A stretch of DNA of 64,000 nt from Hormiphora californensis (taxonomy: Eukaryota > Animalia > Ctenophora): positions 1,674,001 to 1,738,000 of the forward strand of contig CM035354.1 in NCBI GenBank assembly GCA_020137815.1. Direction: 5' to 3'. A model generated the notes under the pieces. It did not search any database and had not been told where the DNA came from. It was given only the letters and a program-made list of their open reading frames with translations. A program made the translations under genes and the position numbers. Every line of letters begins with the position of its first letter. Position 1 is the stretch's first letter. Below, piece by piece: positions 1 to 13,714 of the stretch.

Positions 1-78
1 TTTCAGCACGATTTTCAGCAGATTGGTTGAAATGGTCAGTTTTCAGCACGATTTTCAGCAGATTGGTTGAACTGGTCG
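1..78. repeat. 40-bp tandem duplication (truncated by window edge)
   Basis: tttcagcacgattttcagcagattggttgaa occurs at 1 and again at 41. Confidence 0.8.
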
Positions 79-228
79 CGCTGAAAAAGAGAGAGAGAGC
101 CAATTCAATTGCAATGGTAATGTATGAATCTCTCTAATCTCCCCCTTTCCCCCTCTAGACTGTTGTCGGTGCACTACGCACAACTGGCGCCAACCAACAC
201 ATATTCTCCATCTCCCTCCCCTCTCCCC

Positions 229-230
229 CC

Positions 231-314
<84 letters not shown>
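229..314. repeat. (CT)n/(GA)n microsatellite; similar tracts at about 733-884, 4996-5141, 5534-5657, 20213-20434, 28523-28758, 38131-38375, 43868-43962, 55332-55570
   Basis: Dinucleotide runs read directly. They generate the spurious SLSL/ERER ORFs in the ORF track. Confidence 0.95.
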
Positions 315-317
<3 letters not shown>

Positions 318-730
318 CACACTGCTGCAGTACTGCAAGAATAAGAATCTCTCTGCATGTGTATCTGATATGATTGAGAGGAATTTTCAGCACATTGGCG
401 GACTAAAATGCTGAAAATTCTGCTTATTTTAGATCAGGATGCTGCCAGTTTAATACTATAGATAGGACCAAAATTCGATCGGGGCTGGGAGGTTCTTCCA
501 GGATTTCATACTTCGAATGGAAACGGTTTTTGGGATTTTGTCACTTTCAAAAAAGAAACCATCTCAATGAAAAATCATACTTTTTTATTTGATCTAACGA
601 TGCACAACAGTACAATTATTCTTTAGGCGGGAATATGTAGATTACTGGACACATATCCAGCAGCGGGCGTACCTTCAGACAGTCTTCAGTGTTGTCAACA
701 GCTTTGCAACAAACTTAGCAGAACGATAGG

Positions 731-784
<54 letters not shown>

Positions 785-792
785 GAGATAGA

Positions 793-864
<72 letters not shown>

Positions 865-1205
865 AATAGAAAGAGAGAGAGAGAAAGGATACCACATACC
901 TGCACATGTCACACACACACATACGCACACTTTCTTCACCCTTCTGTGTGTGCGTCGTGTGCTCGGTTTATCGTCCTGGCCTCAAGTGCTGCTTATAATT
1001 ATACCATGTTGTCTGACAATTCGTGACACCCTGTACAACATTTGTATCAGACACAATATGGAGATACATATTTATATTGTCATCTTTCAAGGTATAATGA
1101 TGATTGATTGATTGATGTGGAGTTGGAAATTTATAAGACTGCTTGATGTTGGGGTGGGGTTAGAAGTATCATTTATGCGGTTTTGGGTTTCTCATATAGA
1201 TAATA

Positions 1206-1827
1206 CTAGTAAGCCCGCTCGCCCTACGGGCGAATGTCGGGGATGGTCATACAGTAAACTAAGCAAATAGTGTAGTATCACTTGAAATTTTTAAAATCAG
1301 TAAATTAACCAAAGGGATTCTTTCGACAGAAAAACCACGGGCCCTCTTTTGCCAAGTCCTGAAGTATTTTATGAAGGAGCACATGTGCAAAATACTTTCA
1401 CGTATTACTGTCATTTCTTATTAGTGCCATTGATACTTTGTTATTACGTGTGTTGACAACATTTTTTGAATAATAATCACCTCTTTTGTAGGGTTCTATC
1501 ACGTAGTCTATAGGGGTCAGCGCCAGTTTGCGACATATGGCTCCTCCAAACTCGCTGGCGATTGTGTTGAAGTTGAGTAGTCATGTTCACGAAACGTGGC
1601 GAACAGATCAAATCGAGCAAACGATCAATCACACAACCGGCAGAGAGATGAATCAAGGATGCACGTGCAGTTTAAGGCTCAAGCTGGCAGGTTGCCAGGG
1701 TCCCTCTAGGGACAACACGTGCAAAAGGCCATTTCCAGGAATTTCCAGGAAATAGGAACACTGTTTGCCATATTTGGTAAAAAAACCATCACCCATCATT
1801 TCCCTATTTGCTTTAATAATAGTATGA
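1206..1827 (-). mobile_element. Non-autonomous Helitron, family 1 (copy 1)
   Basis: On the minus strand it starts TC(ATACTATTATTAAAGC) and ends with hairpin CGCCC-GTA-GGGCG followed by CTAG. It sits between A and T with no TSD. A near-identical copy lies at 42939-43552 in the opposite orientation. Confidence 0.85.
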
Positions 1828-2436
1828 TTACTATCAACGTGACACCATGTGGGTACTGCTTCACACCACGTGGGTGCTGCCTGACACCACGTGGGTGCTG
1901 CCTGAGTAGCTTTAGCTAGATCATCAGAAGTAAAACGCCCAAAACTCACCGCCCATCTAGAATTTAGTGTATCAGTATTTGAATATTTGCTACATGTGTA
2001 ATCAGTAGTTTTAAGTGTAATCTAATAAACCTTTAGATATCCTAATAAACCCTACATAATAAACGATCACTGCTACTATTACAGTAGGTTAGGTAAAGAA
2101 TATTTTAACGGTACAGTCTTTACTTTTTAAATAGACTGCAGAGTGTTGCTGTGTGTATAGAGAGAGGGATGGGAGAGGGATAGGTAAAGACAAAGGGGGT
2201 AGCGCTCTCCCTTTCTCTCCCACCTCATAGCCCCCTCATGTGTTATTATGTACACGGATAATAAAGGGGCCCTCTCACCTCTCTACTGCAGGGGCCGGGG
2301 GGGGGGGGGGTAACAATGATCCAGTTCTAATTTAGGGGTACTAAAATTAGTAATATTTCCAGAACTAAACACGTGTACAATAATATATCAGTTTATATAA
2401 TTATAATGACCTGCTAACTTGTTGTTTTTGTTTCAG

Positions 2437-2496
2437 GGAAGGGGATGCTAAAGAATCTGATGTGTGCTGTCGGAGCAAACAACCAGTCATCACCAG
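2437..2496 (+). other. Candidate 60-nt exon, possibly the first coding exon (MLKNLMCAVGANNQSSP) of the RA/coiled-coil gene
   Basis: Acceptor ctaac...tttttgtttcag and donor CAG|GTACTG. ATG at 2445 gives a phase-1 end compatible with the phase-1 acceptor at 6005. The connection is unproven. Confidence 0.4.
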
Positions 2497-2557
2497 GTAC
2501 TGGTAGTCTCATAGCTCTATTCAAGTTCTGTTCCCCAATCTTTCAGTTCCTTTTCTA

Positions 2558-3208
2558 TTTTTTCCCTGCCCGGGTGAATGCCGAAGGCATTCACCCGGAT
2601 GATCTTTTTAGCACGCACGTGCTAAAAAGATCATTCAGGGTTTAGAAATCAGCAGATCGTGGAGTTAACTAAAAGTGTCCGTCCGTCCGTCCACCGTTAC
2701 ACATAGTAACAAAGTCTGCTCCTTCATAAAACTTTCAGCTCACACTTTGTTGATGCATCAAAGAAAATTATTAACAAACACTGTGGCGCGCAATTACTCA
2801 CTCGTAACACTTCCTACTTTCACCTGAAATCACTCTACAGCCGTACCATGACGTGGTAGCAAGTCTTCTAAGCATGAAACTACTTACTATTATTATCACA
2901 CAATAATTGTAAGTGACTGGAGTTAAGATGAGGGTAAATTTGAAGCACTTGGTAACCAACTAGGGTCTCCTAAGCAACTGTCTTGGTTATCATAGCAACT
3001 ACCTTGGTTACCATAGCAACTGCTTTGATTAACATAGCAACCACCCTGGATACCATAGCAACTAACAGTAACATCGTATCAGCCAAAAATTGCTCTTTGA
3101 GGGCAAAATTCATCGGGAAATCCAGTTTTGAAGCTTAGTCATCAATTTTACACCCAGCTGGGGCAGGGAAACACCGCATTATGAATACATAATGCAATAA
3201 TTCTTGTT
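2558..3208 (+). mobile_element. Helentron-associated (HINE / DINE-1-like) non-autonomous element
   Basis: T-run plus subterminal inverted repeat TTTCCCTGCCC (about 2561) / GGGCAGGGAAA (about 3161). Also a 13-bp-stem 5' hairpin CCGGGTGAATGCC-GAA-GGCATTCACCCGG, a (GTCC)n tract at about 2677, and a 3' stem-loop GCATTATG...CATAATGC followed by TTCTTGTT. This is the DINE-1 architecture. Confidence 0.65.
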
Positions 3209-3990
3209 AGTTGTCTTTTTCAGACTCTCTCCACCATTCAGAAACACAGTACTTTTCATTTTGAAACTTAAAGTACAACTTCCCTGGATGTGTGTGGTAC
3301 AATAACTTACGTGCAGATCTTCCCTGACAAATTAAACATGTCGCTACTTTCCGATACCCCCAAATCTTGAGTGTTCAGACATTGAACTCCCTCTCTGTTC
3401 TCTATCTAGCATAGTGAACTATATCTCAGAGATATTGGGGGTTGGTGTGTGTATGGAATGTGCTACTAGGGGTCGTGTTCTCAATGATAGCATTGTGATG
3501 TAACCAGACACCCCCTGTAACTACATTGTATCCGGTCCGATGGTTACAATTTGTAGCCCAGTGGTCCCATCAAGTATTGACTAGATTTTCTAGAAGGTCA
3601 TCTAGGAAGTAGCTAGAAGTAGCTAGAAGGTCTAGTAGGAACTATAGTAGGAAGTAGTAGCCCCCCCCCCCCCCACTAGTAGGAAGTAGCTAATTGAAGA
3701 CAATCTAGAAGGACGTTTAGAGCCTTCTGTACAAGAAATTACACATATAATACCATCATACACTAATTTTGGTTCTGGAACGTACCATGACCCCGTTACA
3801 TATGAACCTCATTCAGCAAGAGTGTTGCACGTGCACGTCTAATGAAATGCTGCAAAATAGTCTACATTCCGGGATTATACAGGCTAGAATGTAACAACTT
3901 GTTAAAACCCCCTGCATATTTTTAGAATGTAAATGATGTGAATAGTAAAGAGAAACTCTGTACAGAAATATATTTATAGCATATAATATA

Positions 3991-4298
3991 CTAGCGCACC
4001 CATTGGGTGCGCCTCAAGTAAAGGTTTATTTGATAACCCACCCGGCTTCGCCGGGTGGTTCTTTTCGTCACTTTCAACGTGAAAAAACGGTTGCCATGGC
4101 AACTGAATTGGTAACTATGGGGACTGGCATGTTAAAATTCATTCGAAAATATCAACAAACTTCCACTGGAAGTTATAAAACTGTGAGTAACAGCTTTACA
4201 GCTTTGGGCAAATAAAGTGTTTTATGAAGGAGCACTGTCGCTTAGATACCGCCTAACGAACGACCACTTCGACGTTCATCTCCAAATTATAATAGAGA
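3991..4298 (-). mobile_element. Short non-autonomous Helitron, family 2
   Basis: Minus strand starts TC(TCTATTATAAT) and ends with hairpin GCGCACCC-AAT-GGGTGCGC running into CTAG, with an A|T insertion site. A second hairpin ACCCGGC-TTC-GCCGGGT lies at about 4040. Confidence 0.65.
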
Positions 4299-4991
4299 TC
4301 TGTATTATACTATCTGCTCCTTGAGTCTGCATTAATATATTCAATACTTTGACTAGGTATCTGCTTTTGTTACTATTATATGTAACTAACAACTAGAGGC
4401 TGTGAGAAAGGTGGGAGTGTATTATTATAGGGGTAGGGGTGTGTTAGGGTTAGGGATAAGGGAGGTGAAGACTTGAACAATGTTTGCACTCTCTAATTGG
4501 TTGAGGGTTTAATTAACCCGCGAGACAACTACATCCGTCTAGAAGAGGGTGCCCCTCAAACATTCTCCTCCCCTCCCCAGACATGGGGGTGCACCTTTCT
4601 AAAACTACACACATCCCTCATGGATATACCCCCCCCCCCCTCTCCAGGCCGCTGTGTTATAATAATAACAGTTGTGTGCCCCTCCATATCTTTTGGATAT
4701 ACCCTCCCCCGGCCCTGTGTTATAATAATAACAGATGGGTGACCCCTCCATATCTTGTTTATATAGCACTACTGCACGTAGTAGGATATTACAACAAGTG
4801 TGTGGTCCCATATAATATCCTGATTTGAAATGGCCTACCTACTACACGCGAGAAATAAGGGGTGAGGGATGTTACTAAATCCGCAGTTAGAATTAAAGTT
4901 TTCAAAGCTTTATCTCCACATGTCTTGTTGTACAACAAGTTGTGCTTATATTCATAATGATGATGTCTCTCTGCAGAAGAAGGTTGTCTAC

Positions 4992-5112
<121 letters not shown>

Positions 5113-5236
5113 TATAAAGATAGAGAGTGAGAGATAGATAGAGCCACCTGCTGTTAGTCTAAACAATGTCTTGAGTAGGCCATGATGTTGTCTGTTGTTT
5201 ATTCTTGTTTTCTCTTCTTGTTTTTTCTCTCTCTCT

Positions 5237-5293
<57 letters not shown>

Positions 5294-5539
5294 GTCATGC
5301 AAAAGATCCCTCTAGCTCTCCCCTCTCCCCCTTTTTCCATGTGCATTATACACGAGAGCAAAAAAAGGTGTGGGCAGAGAATTTACTATCTACATTGAAC
5401 CGAATAAAATAAATTAGTGGTGATAAGGAAATGAAAAATAAACTTTTTCCTTAGAGAAAATTTTGACCTCACGAAAGTAAAAGAGGGGGAAATGAGAGAG
5501 CGGGAGTGTATACACTATACCAAATACATGCAGTGCCGC

Positions 5540-5633
<94 letters not shown>

Positions 5634-6004
5634 GAGAGAGAGAAAGAGAGTGAGAGAGTGTGTATGCTCCAGGTGCCTCACTAGTCAGTATCAAGTAGAA
5701 CTAATTGTCCCTACTTCAACAATTACACACTCTCCCACCACTGCAGCACTGATGCACCCCTTATGTAGATAGATCCCTCTCTATCATATAAGTCTGTCTC
5801 TCCCTCTCTCTCTATCTCTCTCTCTCATATTGACATCGGAGAGAGATTCTTTCTCATTACCTCATTTGTTCTTCTTCCACCCACAGTCCACACACACGGG
5901 AAAGAGATAGAGAGGGAGTCTGAATAAGTCAATACCCTTACAACCACATCACATTTTTCAATACCCCCAGCCCTTTCTAATAACTCCTCCCACTATTCCT
6001 CCAG

Positions 6005-9000
6005 CCCACCGGAAAGAGACGAAGGCCCTATTGCCCTACCAATACCCACTCCAAGAACTGGGCCCCAATCCAAAAGTAGATGTGAATAATGTTGATGGAA
6101 TTCCGAGAGTTACCAACAGCTACCTCTATGTTTCACCTCGCGATGCACAAGAACTGACTGTCTACTATCGGCAGGTGGCATATTGCACTTCACGGGTTGA
6201 GCTTTCATCTTCATTTCTTTGTCTGAATTTTGAATATATCATGTGAGTTCTAGTAGGAACTAACCAGCTCTCCCTCTCGCAGGACAATGGGGAGGTAGAA
6301 GAAGAGATGTTGTGCCTGAGGCCGAGTGTTACCACCCAAGAGATAATCCAGCAGACGGTAAAGGGTATGGAGCTGACCAAAGATGCCCTATCCTACAGAC
6401 TTATCATCAAAACATTCGAGTTTGGTGAGTTAGTGGGCGGTGAAGGCAGTTCGTGCGCGCGGAGTTGTAGCTGTTAGCAGCGGTTCCCGCCGCGCACACA
6501 CCAGTGACAGCCAAGGTCTGACATTTGACACTTGACATGTGAAACTGATCTGTCCCTGAAGTCGCTGTGCAGAATCTGTCTCAGAGTTAGTTAGTCAACT
6601 AACATCTCCAAACTCGCACAGAGAGGGAGTACTCGAGTATCGCTGCATACCAACAGGCAGAGATTAGAAAACGCAACCAATGGGTTCCAATGATTGAAAA
6701 TACCGTGACGACACAAAATTTTGACAACAAACAACCACGTACTATGACACGTACAGTGTGACTTGTGACTTTCACTTGACGAACTGCTTTGTGACAGCTT
6801 GTTTCATTTGACAATGACAAACCGCCTTTTAATTGTGTTGTTGTGACTTGTGACTGTGTTGCTACTGACTACTGACTGCTGACTGGGACACGCAATTGAC
6901 TGTTGGGACACACCGCACACACACTTCCTCTTACTGCACACACCTCTACAATACCTTATCAACAACATCTCCCTCCATTAGATGAGAAGGTCCTGGGTCT
7001 GGAAGATGAACCTCTTGTTGTGATGGACATGGTTGAGGACTGTCAGGAGGGATACCCACAGATCTGGATTGAAGAACAAGAGGTAAGGAGAGAAGCACCC
7101 CCCTCCCCCAACCCCCCCCCCCTCCGGGCCCCGGAGAGAAATAATTCCTTTATTGAAGCATTACACAATAACTCCCTCACCTACCTTCTCTCACTAGATC
7201 CAAGAGATAACGAGAACAGACTCGTTCATGAGAAAGCAGTCATCTCGGAGAGGCTCAAGAAGGCGTCCTAGACCACCAGTCACATCAACCCCTATTAACT
7301 CTGAGAATGTGCCCCCTCTGGAAACGGAAACAACGCCCCGATCCACCAGTGAAATCTCCAGAATTCAGGTATGGTTTGATTTTACTCTGAGGGAATTAGA
7401 GGAGGGTACTTTTTTACTTGGGTTATATTCTGAATAGAGGAGGGGGTAATAACATCTCCTGATGTAGATAGTAATTATTAAACTGGTAATTGTTATATTG
7501 TCTAACACTCCCTTTCTCTTCCTTCAGACGCAGCTCCATAATAACTCAATGAGAAGGAGAACACACACAGTAAAGGCATCAGGAGAGATCTCTGAACAGG
7601 AGCAACAACTCAAATCTGTCCTGGTTGAACAAGACAAGGTTATCTCAGCCCTTTCCAGCGCAGTATCCGCTGCCAAGACTGTCAGTCCCTCTAGTTCGGT
7701 TAAAGAAGTCAGCCAAACAAAGCTCAAGGAGACCCTAGCAGAGAAACAGACTCAAGTTTGGGAGCTGGAGGAGCACAGGACCAAAGATAAGGAATCTATT
7801 GCATCTCTCACCAAGTCTGTCAAAAGTCTGGAGGAGAAACTTCGGGAATCAGAGGAATCTCTCCGGACTCTGAAACAATCCTCCCGACACGAGTTGGAGA
7901 TTGAAAAGAGGGAGAAGAGGGAATTGGAGAAGGAGTTGTCACGTGTACAACAGGAGAGTGCAGGTCCTGATGACATGTCCCAGTTTTATGATGAAACTAC
8001 TGACCTCCAGGATAAGGTCAGAGAGCTGGAACTCCAGGTTGAGAAGGACCAGGAGATAATTGACATGTCAACGAGGAGGAACAGTGATCTCAAGGAGGAG
8101 ATCAAGGCTCTGAAAGCACGGGCTAGTGAGATTACTAAACTAGAGGTGGATGGTATCCAGAGGTCAAGTGCTATGAATGAGAGTATCTCAATAAACGACT
8201 TCACTGAGTGGTCTAAAGATCTGGATGATTTGAAAAAGAGGAACGATCAGTTGATATTCCGCAACAAACAGCTCAGCACTGAGAATACCAAGTTGACAGA
8301 GTCTGCAGAACAGGGGAAGGCAGCAGTTAGGGAGGTCAGTGAGCTGAAATCCCAGGCAGAACAACTGAAGGAATCTAACCAGGAACTGAGTATAGCTCTC
8401 AAGTCCCGGGAAGCTGAGATACAGGGTCTAAATGAGAGGATAGAGGCTGATGCGGGGTATCATGACGATACTGACTACCAAGAGAAATACTACTCTTTGA
8501 AGGAGAAGAACCAGCATTTGGAGAGTGTGATGAGTGGTACTATAGAGAAGTTGAGAAGCAAGCAGGGAGTGGTTGAAGAAGAGAAGGTGGGCCTCCAGAA
8601 CACTATCAATGATATGACTACCCAGTTAGAGGGCAAGAAGAGACAGCTGAAGGAGTTCGACTATATGAAGAACAGATTGGAGATGATGGACATGGAGCAT
8701 ACACACCTCAAGGAGTTCTCTGCCCAACTGATCGAGGAAAACAAGTCTATAGACAGTCTGAATAGGGCCATAGAGGAGCGGGATAGGAGTATCAACGAGC
8801 TACACACCTCCACCAAGGACATGAGGGAGGAGTTGACAATGTATCGGGGTCTGGAGAAGGTTAACTGTGCTGTTCAGGTAGATGATGACCGATTGGATGT
8901 GTTGGAATCTAAACTTGAGGAAGCTGAGGAGAGGGTGTCATCAAGAACCGCGGTGGTAGAGAGCATGAACACGAGGCTCACACAGAAGGAGGAGGAGGTA

Positions 9001-12000
9001 GCGGTTGCAAAGGGAATGGTGTCAGACTTTGAGCAGACTAACGAGATGTTGAACTCTGAACTAACCCGGCTCAAGAAACACTCTAGTTCGGTAGAGGGGA
9101 AGAACACCCGTTTATCAGATGAGATAAGCAGCTTTAAGATGGTCATCTCAGCTCTCAATGAGCAGATAGAGTCCACCAGATCTGCCTGCGAGGAGGAACA
9201 GTGTAAGAGCGCCCTGACTCTCAAAGAGGCACATCAGATACAGGTTGATGAACTACTGGCAGCTTCACAAGACTCAGCAGCCACACTTGAGAAGTACAGC
9301 CAAGCGAAACAGGATCTGATGGTACTGCGGACACAGAGCAGCGAGCTAAAAGGGAAGTTGGCACTAGCTGCTGAGGAGCGGAGTGAGATGGAGGGGAGGT
9401 GTGCGAGTCAAGGAGAGGAGCTGAGGAGTAAGGAAGAGAAGGTGACTGAGTTGATCCAACTAACTGCATCTCTTAGAGACGAGGTGGACAGGTCCACAGA
9501 GAAGAACAAGTCCATCACTGCTAAAAGGGATGAGTTGATGAAAGAGCTGACAGATGCAAGACTCCAGAAGGCAGACTGTGAACTACAGTGCAATGAAACA
9601 GAGGAAGAGCTGAGGACGGTGAGAAGGAAATCTAAACAGCTCAAGGAACACTCTGATTCTCTCCAGTGTCTGAATGATGCCCTAACTGCCCAGTTACAAG
9701 AACTACAAAGTAACGACTGCAGCGCTGGCAAGTGCCCTGCCTCTCTGGACCTTCAACGGCAGGTAGAGGACGCTGATGAGAAACAAAAACAACTCAGACT
9801 GGATATTGTCGATCTGCAGGAGCAGAGAAAGGACCTCCAAAACGTGGTGATAAAGAGCAAGAACGAGCTGGCAGAGAGCCAGATTGAGTTCCAGGAACTG
9901 GAGGCTAGTTACCAGGAAGCCAAGGACCAATGTGATGCATATGCTGTCAAGGTGAAGAACATGACAAGGAAGTTAGATCCCAGAAAACAAAAGGACCAGA
10001 TGCTCCTCTTGGAGAATGAGGTTGAGATCTACAAGGCTGAGGTGACATCCCTCAAATCCATTACGAGGCAGTTTGAGGATGAAGTGGAGAGAATGTCCGT
10101 GTTAGGTCAGGATAGTTCTGATGCCGTGGTGGCCCTGAGTGCCAGGAACTCTTCTCTGGAGAAGCAGCTGGGTGACGCTAAGGGGGAGATGCATGACCTG
10201 GAGGACCAGCTGAGGAAGTTCAAAGAGAGTCTGAGAGACAGTCAGAAAGAGAGTGCGATGGTTGATACCTACCTGGCTGAGAGACAGATGATGAAGGACA
10301 TGATAGAGGGGTTGGAGACGGATAATAGGGCGCTGACAAGGGACAAGGAGACTGCGGAGAGCTCATTACAGTCCCTTCGTGACGAGTTATCAATTGTAAA
10401 GGGGGTTAGGGACATCAATACTAGAGACAATGTTTCAACAAAACAGAGTGAGATCAAGTTGTTAAAGGAGAAAGAGGATCTATTGGAAGAGGTGGCGTTC
10501 TTGAGGGAGGATGTGGAGGCGAAGGCTAATGAGAGTGTGAGACAGGTTGAGATCATTGAGCGACACAAAGCCCGAACCAGGGAGTTAGAGGTGGAGGTGA
10601 TGGCACTCAAGGATCAGAATCATAATCACGTGAATGGTATTGATATTGTCTCTGATATCAAACCACCTAATAACCGTGCAGCTCAACAACAAACACTGGA
10701 CGGTCTGAACTCTACCATTCGAGATCTCTCCACCTCTGTCCTCTCCCTGACCAATGAAAATAGGGATCTGGAGACCTCCATCTCCGAAATGAACGACCAG
10801 GAACGGGACAGACAGCAGAAGATTGCCGAGTTGGAGGAGCACTTCCAGAGGGAAATTGATGCTGTCCACGAGGAATATCGGGAGAGGATAACACGGCATG
10901 GTGACGAACTAAAGAACTGGGTGACACAGAACAAGATCCTGTCTGAGGAGATTCTGATGTTAGAACAGAGTAAGGAGGAGCTAGAGAAGAGTCTATCCTC
11001 GAGAGGTGGTCAGATTGCAGCTGATAGGGTTCAGATGAAGGATGCCCTTGATGAGGCAACTACTGAGCTGTCTCTTCAGAGTCATAAGGCCCAGAGCACT
11101 CTCGCACAGTTCGAGGCTGCCCAGCACCAGATAGAAGATCTAGAAGGAGAGCTGCTGTCGTACAAGAAGAAAGCTAACACTGCCGAGAAGTCCTCTAGTG
11201 AGCTGTCCAGGAAGGTCTCTGAAGGAGAGAGAAGGTTGGATGAGTACAAACAAGCACTAGAGGAGCTACAAGCTGCGGATGAAAACAAGAGGACGGAGAT
11301 ACGACTATTGAACAAGTTGGTGAAGGAGTACACGGAGAAAGCGGAGGAATCAGCTGACGAGTTAGCAGAACTAACCAGGAGAAATAGAGAGTCCAGATCC
11401 AAGATAGAGGATCTTCAGAGAGAGATAGTGTCACTGAAGAATGAGAATACTGAGTACGAGAATGTGATTGTAGCACTGGAGTCTAACAGTGCAACTGACA
11501 CTGTTGATAATACAGCCAAGTTGAGGAAGATTGAGGAGCTGGAGGCCCGGTTATCCGACACAGAGTCGTTAGCAAACAGGAAGTCAGTAGAGTTGGAGAA
11601 AATGAGGGTGGATCACTCGGAGTTGTCTGATGAGAATGAGCTACTGTTGGAAGAGGTGAAGAGTTACCAGGATGAATGGAGGAGGTTAACCGATCTCCTT
11701 GGTAACGTTAACCACACAAACCATGCTAACATGAGCTCCTGTAAACGCTTGGAGACTAAACTGGATGATATTGAGTTCAAGGTGTCAGAAACTAACGTCC
11801 ATATTGATATATGTCAGAGTGACATGTTCGCTAAAACGGAGGCTCTAGTCCGTGATAACTCGCATCTAGAGGCTAAGATCACTGTTCAGACTGCTAGTTT
11901 GGAGCAGAGTGAGAAGTTCCTGAAGGAATCACATGAGAATATTGAGATCCTACACGGGACCATTGCTGATCTACAGGAGAGGGTGGCTGTGTTACAACAA

Positions 12001-12243
12001 CAGAGTCAGAGTGGTCAACAGAACACTGGTGTTGATGTTGAGAGAAGGGTGGAGGAGCTAGCTGCTGCTCTGGTGGAGAAGGAACAACTCCTAACTGAGA
12101 GGGAGAGTGAGAAGCTGTCAGACGAGGCTGCCTTTAAAGTGTCTCTTGACACCATAGTACGGAGTTACGAGGAGCAGATAGTGTCGTTAACAGAGGACGT
12201 GGAACAGAAGGAGAGGGAGATTGAGAGGTTAAAACTCCGGTAG
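6005..12243 (+). CDS. RA (Ras-association/ubiquitin-like) domain plus very long coiled-coil protein, isoform A; exons 6005-6174, 6283-6424, 6982-7082, 7198-7368, 7528-12243
   Basis: All junctions are GT-AG and phase-consistent (1/0, 0/1, 1/0, 0/0, 0/stop). The spliced peptide LTVYYRQDNGEVEEEMLCLRPSVTTQEIIQQTVKGMELTKDALSYRLIIKTFEFDEKVLGLEDEPLVVM...YPQIWIE has the RA-domain pattern. A 4.7-kb single exon encodes heptad-rich E/K/L/Q sequence. AATAAA occurs at 12581 and 12705. Confidence 0.85.
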
Positions 12244-12261
12244 CGAAGGAATACTATAGGG

Positions 12262-12347
12262 ACAACCAATCAGAACTCGTTATTTAGGTCACGTGACTGG
12301 TTATCAGCCAATCAGGGACCAGTATTTCCTGATTTGGTCGGTTCCTG
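12262..12347. mobile_element. Short interspersed MITE-like repeat (second copy inverted at 63557-63652)
   Basis: caaccaatcagaactcgttatttaggtcacgtgactggttatcagccaatcagggaccagtatttcctgatt recurs as its reverse complement at 63557-63630. Both copies carry the terminal GGTCGGTTCCTG. Confidence 0.75.
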
Positions 12348-13714
12348 CTAGGGACATAATATCAAAGACACTTTCAGAGACCTTTTTGTAAAAACATAAT
12401 TTTATCTGTAAAATATACAGTGAGATATGCAGATCTATAGACAATATATAGAGTTTGACGTTTTATAAATTAACCAGTTGATTATGTGCCTGTTGCCACG
12501 GAAACCATGGTGTACTACTACTACACACACAGTGTGTTGCCAGGGAAACTAGTTTTTCAAAAGAGAGTGATCTGGGTAAAAATAAATAATTCAGTGTGTG
12601 TTTTTTCTTCTGTTTGGGAGTATTTTACAGTCCCCCTCATATCATATCACATGACAAGAAGCCTGGTATATTTTTCTATAATCTTTATTCGTTGATCCGT
12701 TCTTAATAAAACCTGAAATCTTCACTTAAATTTAAAGAAATGCACTGTACGAGATCTGAATAGAAATATATCTGATATATTATAATTGATTGTTTATACC
12801 GAGATGTCCTGATTTATAGAGAGAGAGAGAGAGACACGTGTGCCTGCAGCATGACTGTGATTCCATGTGTTTATTTAATATTATACTGTTGTGTTCCAAA
12901 TTGCGTTTAACAATCCATAAACCGACTGTGTGTTTACTAGACGTGGCCCCGGGCTATTAACTGAACTGGTGTGGGATGTGGGAAATGAAACACTTACACA
13001 CGGATGCCGTGTTGTAAGTGGGTCACGGCGTAGGGACTAACACGGGGGATGGGAGGAAGGGTGGGCAATAACATATGGACCCCGTTCTTAGCTATATGGT
13101 TGGTTCTGCGGTGCCAAACAGAAATCATGGGAGGGGAGGGGGGACAATAAGTATCCATGTGTTCAGTTAATACCCGGTCATTCAGAATAATCTCAGTGAA
13201 CCACCACCCCCATCACCCCCCATCTTGTTCCCCCATCTTGTTTACCGCCAACTGAGTGGGAGTACTACACCGTCTCTCTGTCCCCAGCTCGTGTTTAGAA
13301 TGATCCCTGTTAAACGATTCCTCTAGTTATCCTCACATGTTTTTCAATCCCCTCATCCAATCTGTCAGAGCACTGATCCAATCCTTTCTATTCTAAAGCC
13401 ATCCCCTCTCTTGCCTTGCTAGACCCTGTTCCACCAAGCCCTGTTTGAACAAAGGAACCCCTCCCAAGTGATGACCAACCCCTCCTTGCCTTTAGTAGAG
13501 TCGGTAAACAAACCTCTTAGCATGGGAGAAGTTTCATAGAAATCAGAGGTGAGTTTGCTTACCGACTCGACTATACTTGCTCGACCCTGTCTTACCGTGC
13601 CCCAGGGGGCACTGCCCCTGTCACAGCTCTCATGGCCATCCCGTCCTTTTCAACCTCCCTCTACGTTACATCCCCTCCGTTTCCAACCCCTCTCTATCAT
13701 CCCCTCCGTTTCAG

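Noticed and set aside
4444-4462. Interstitial telomeric repeat (TTAGGG)
   Set aside because: Only two exact units; likely chance in a G-rich patch.
7498-12243. Assignment to myosin tail, golgin or SMC families
   Set aside because: Only generic heptad composition; no motor, GRIP, hinge or Walker motifs were seen.
12232-12248. Donor at CCG|GTAGCG extending exon A into downstream exons
   Set aside because: Weak consensus and phase 2, which is incompatible with the downstream acceptors (phase 1 or 0); poly(A) signals follow.
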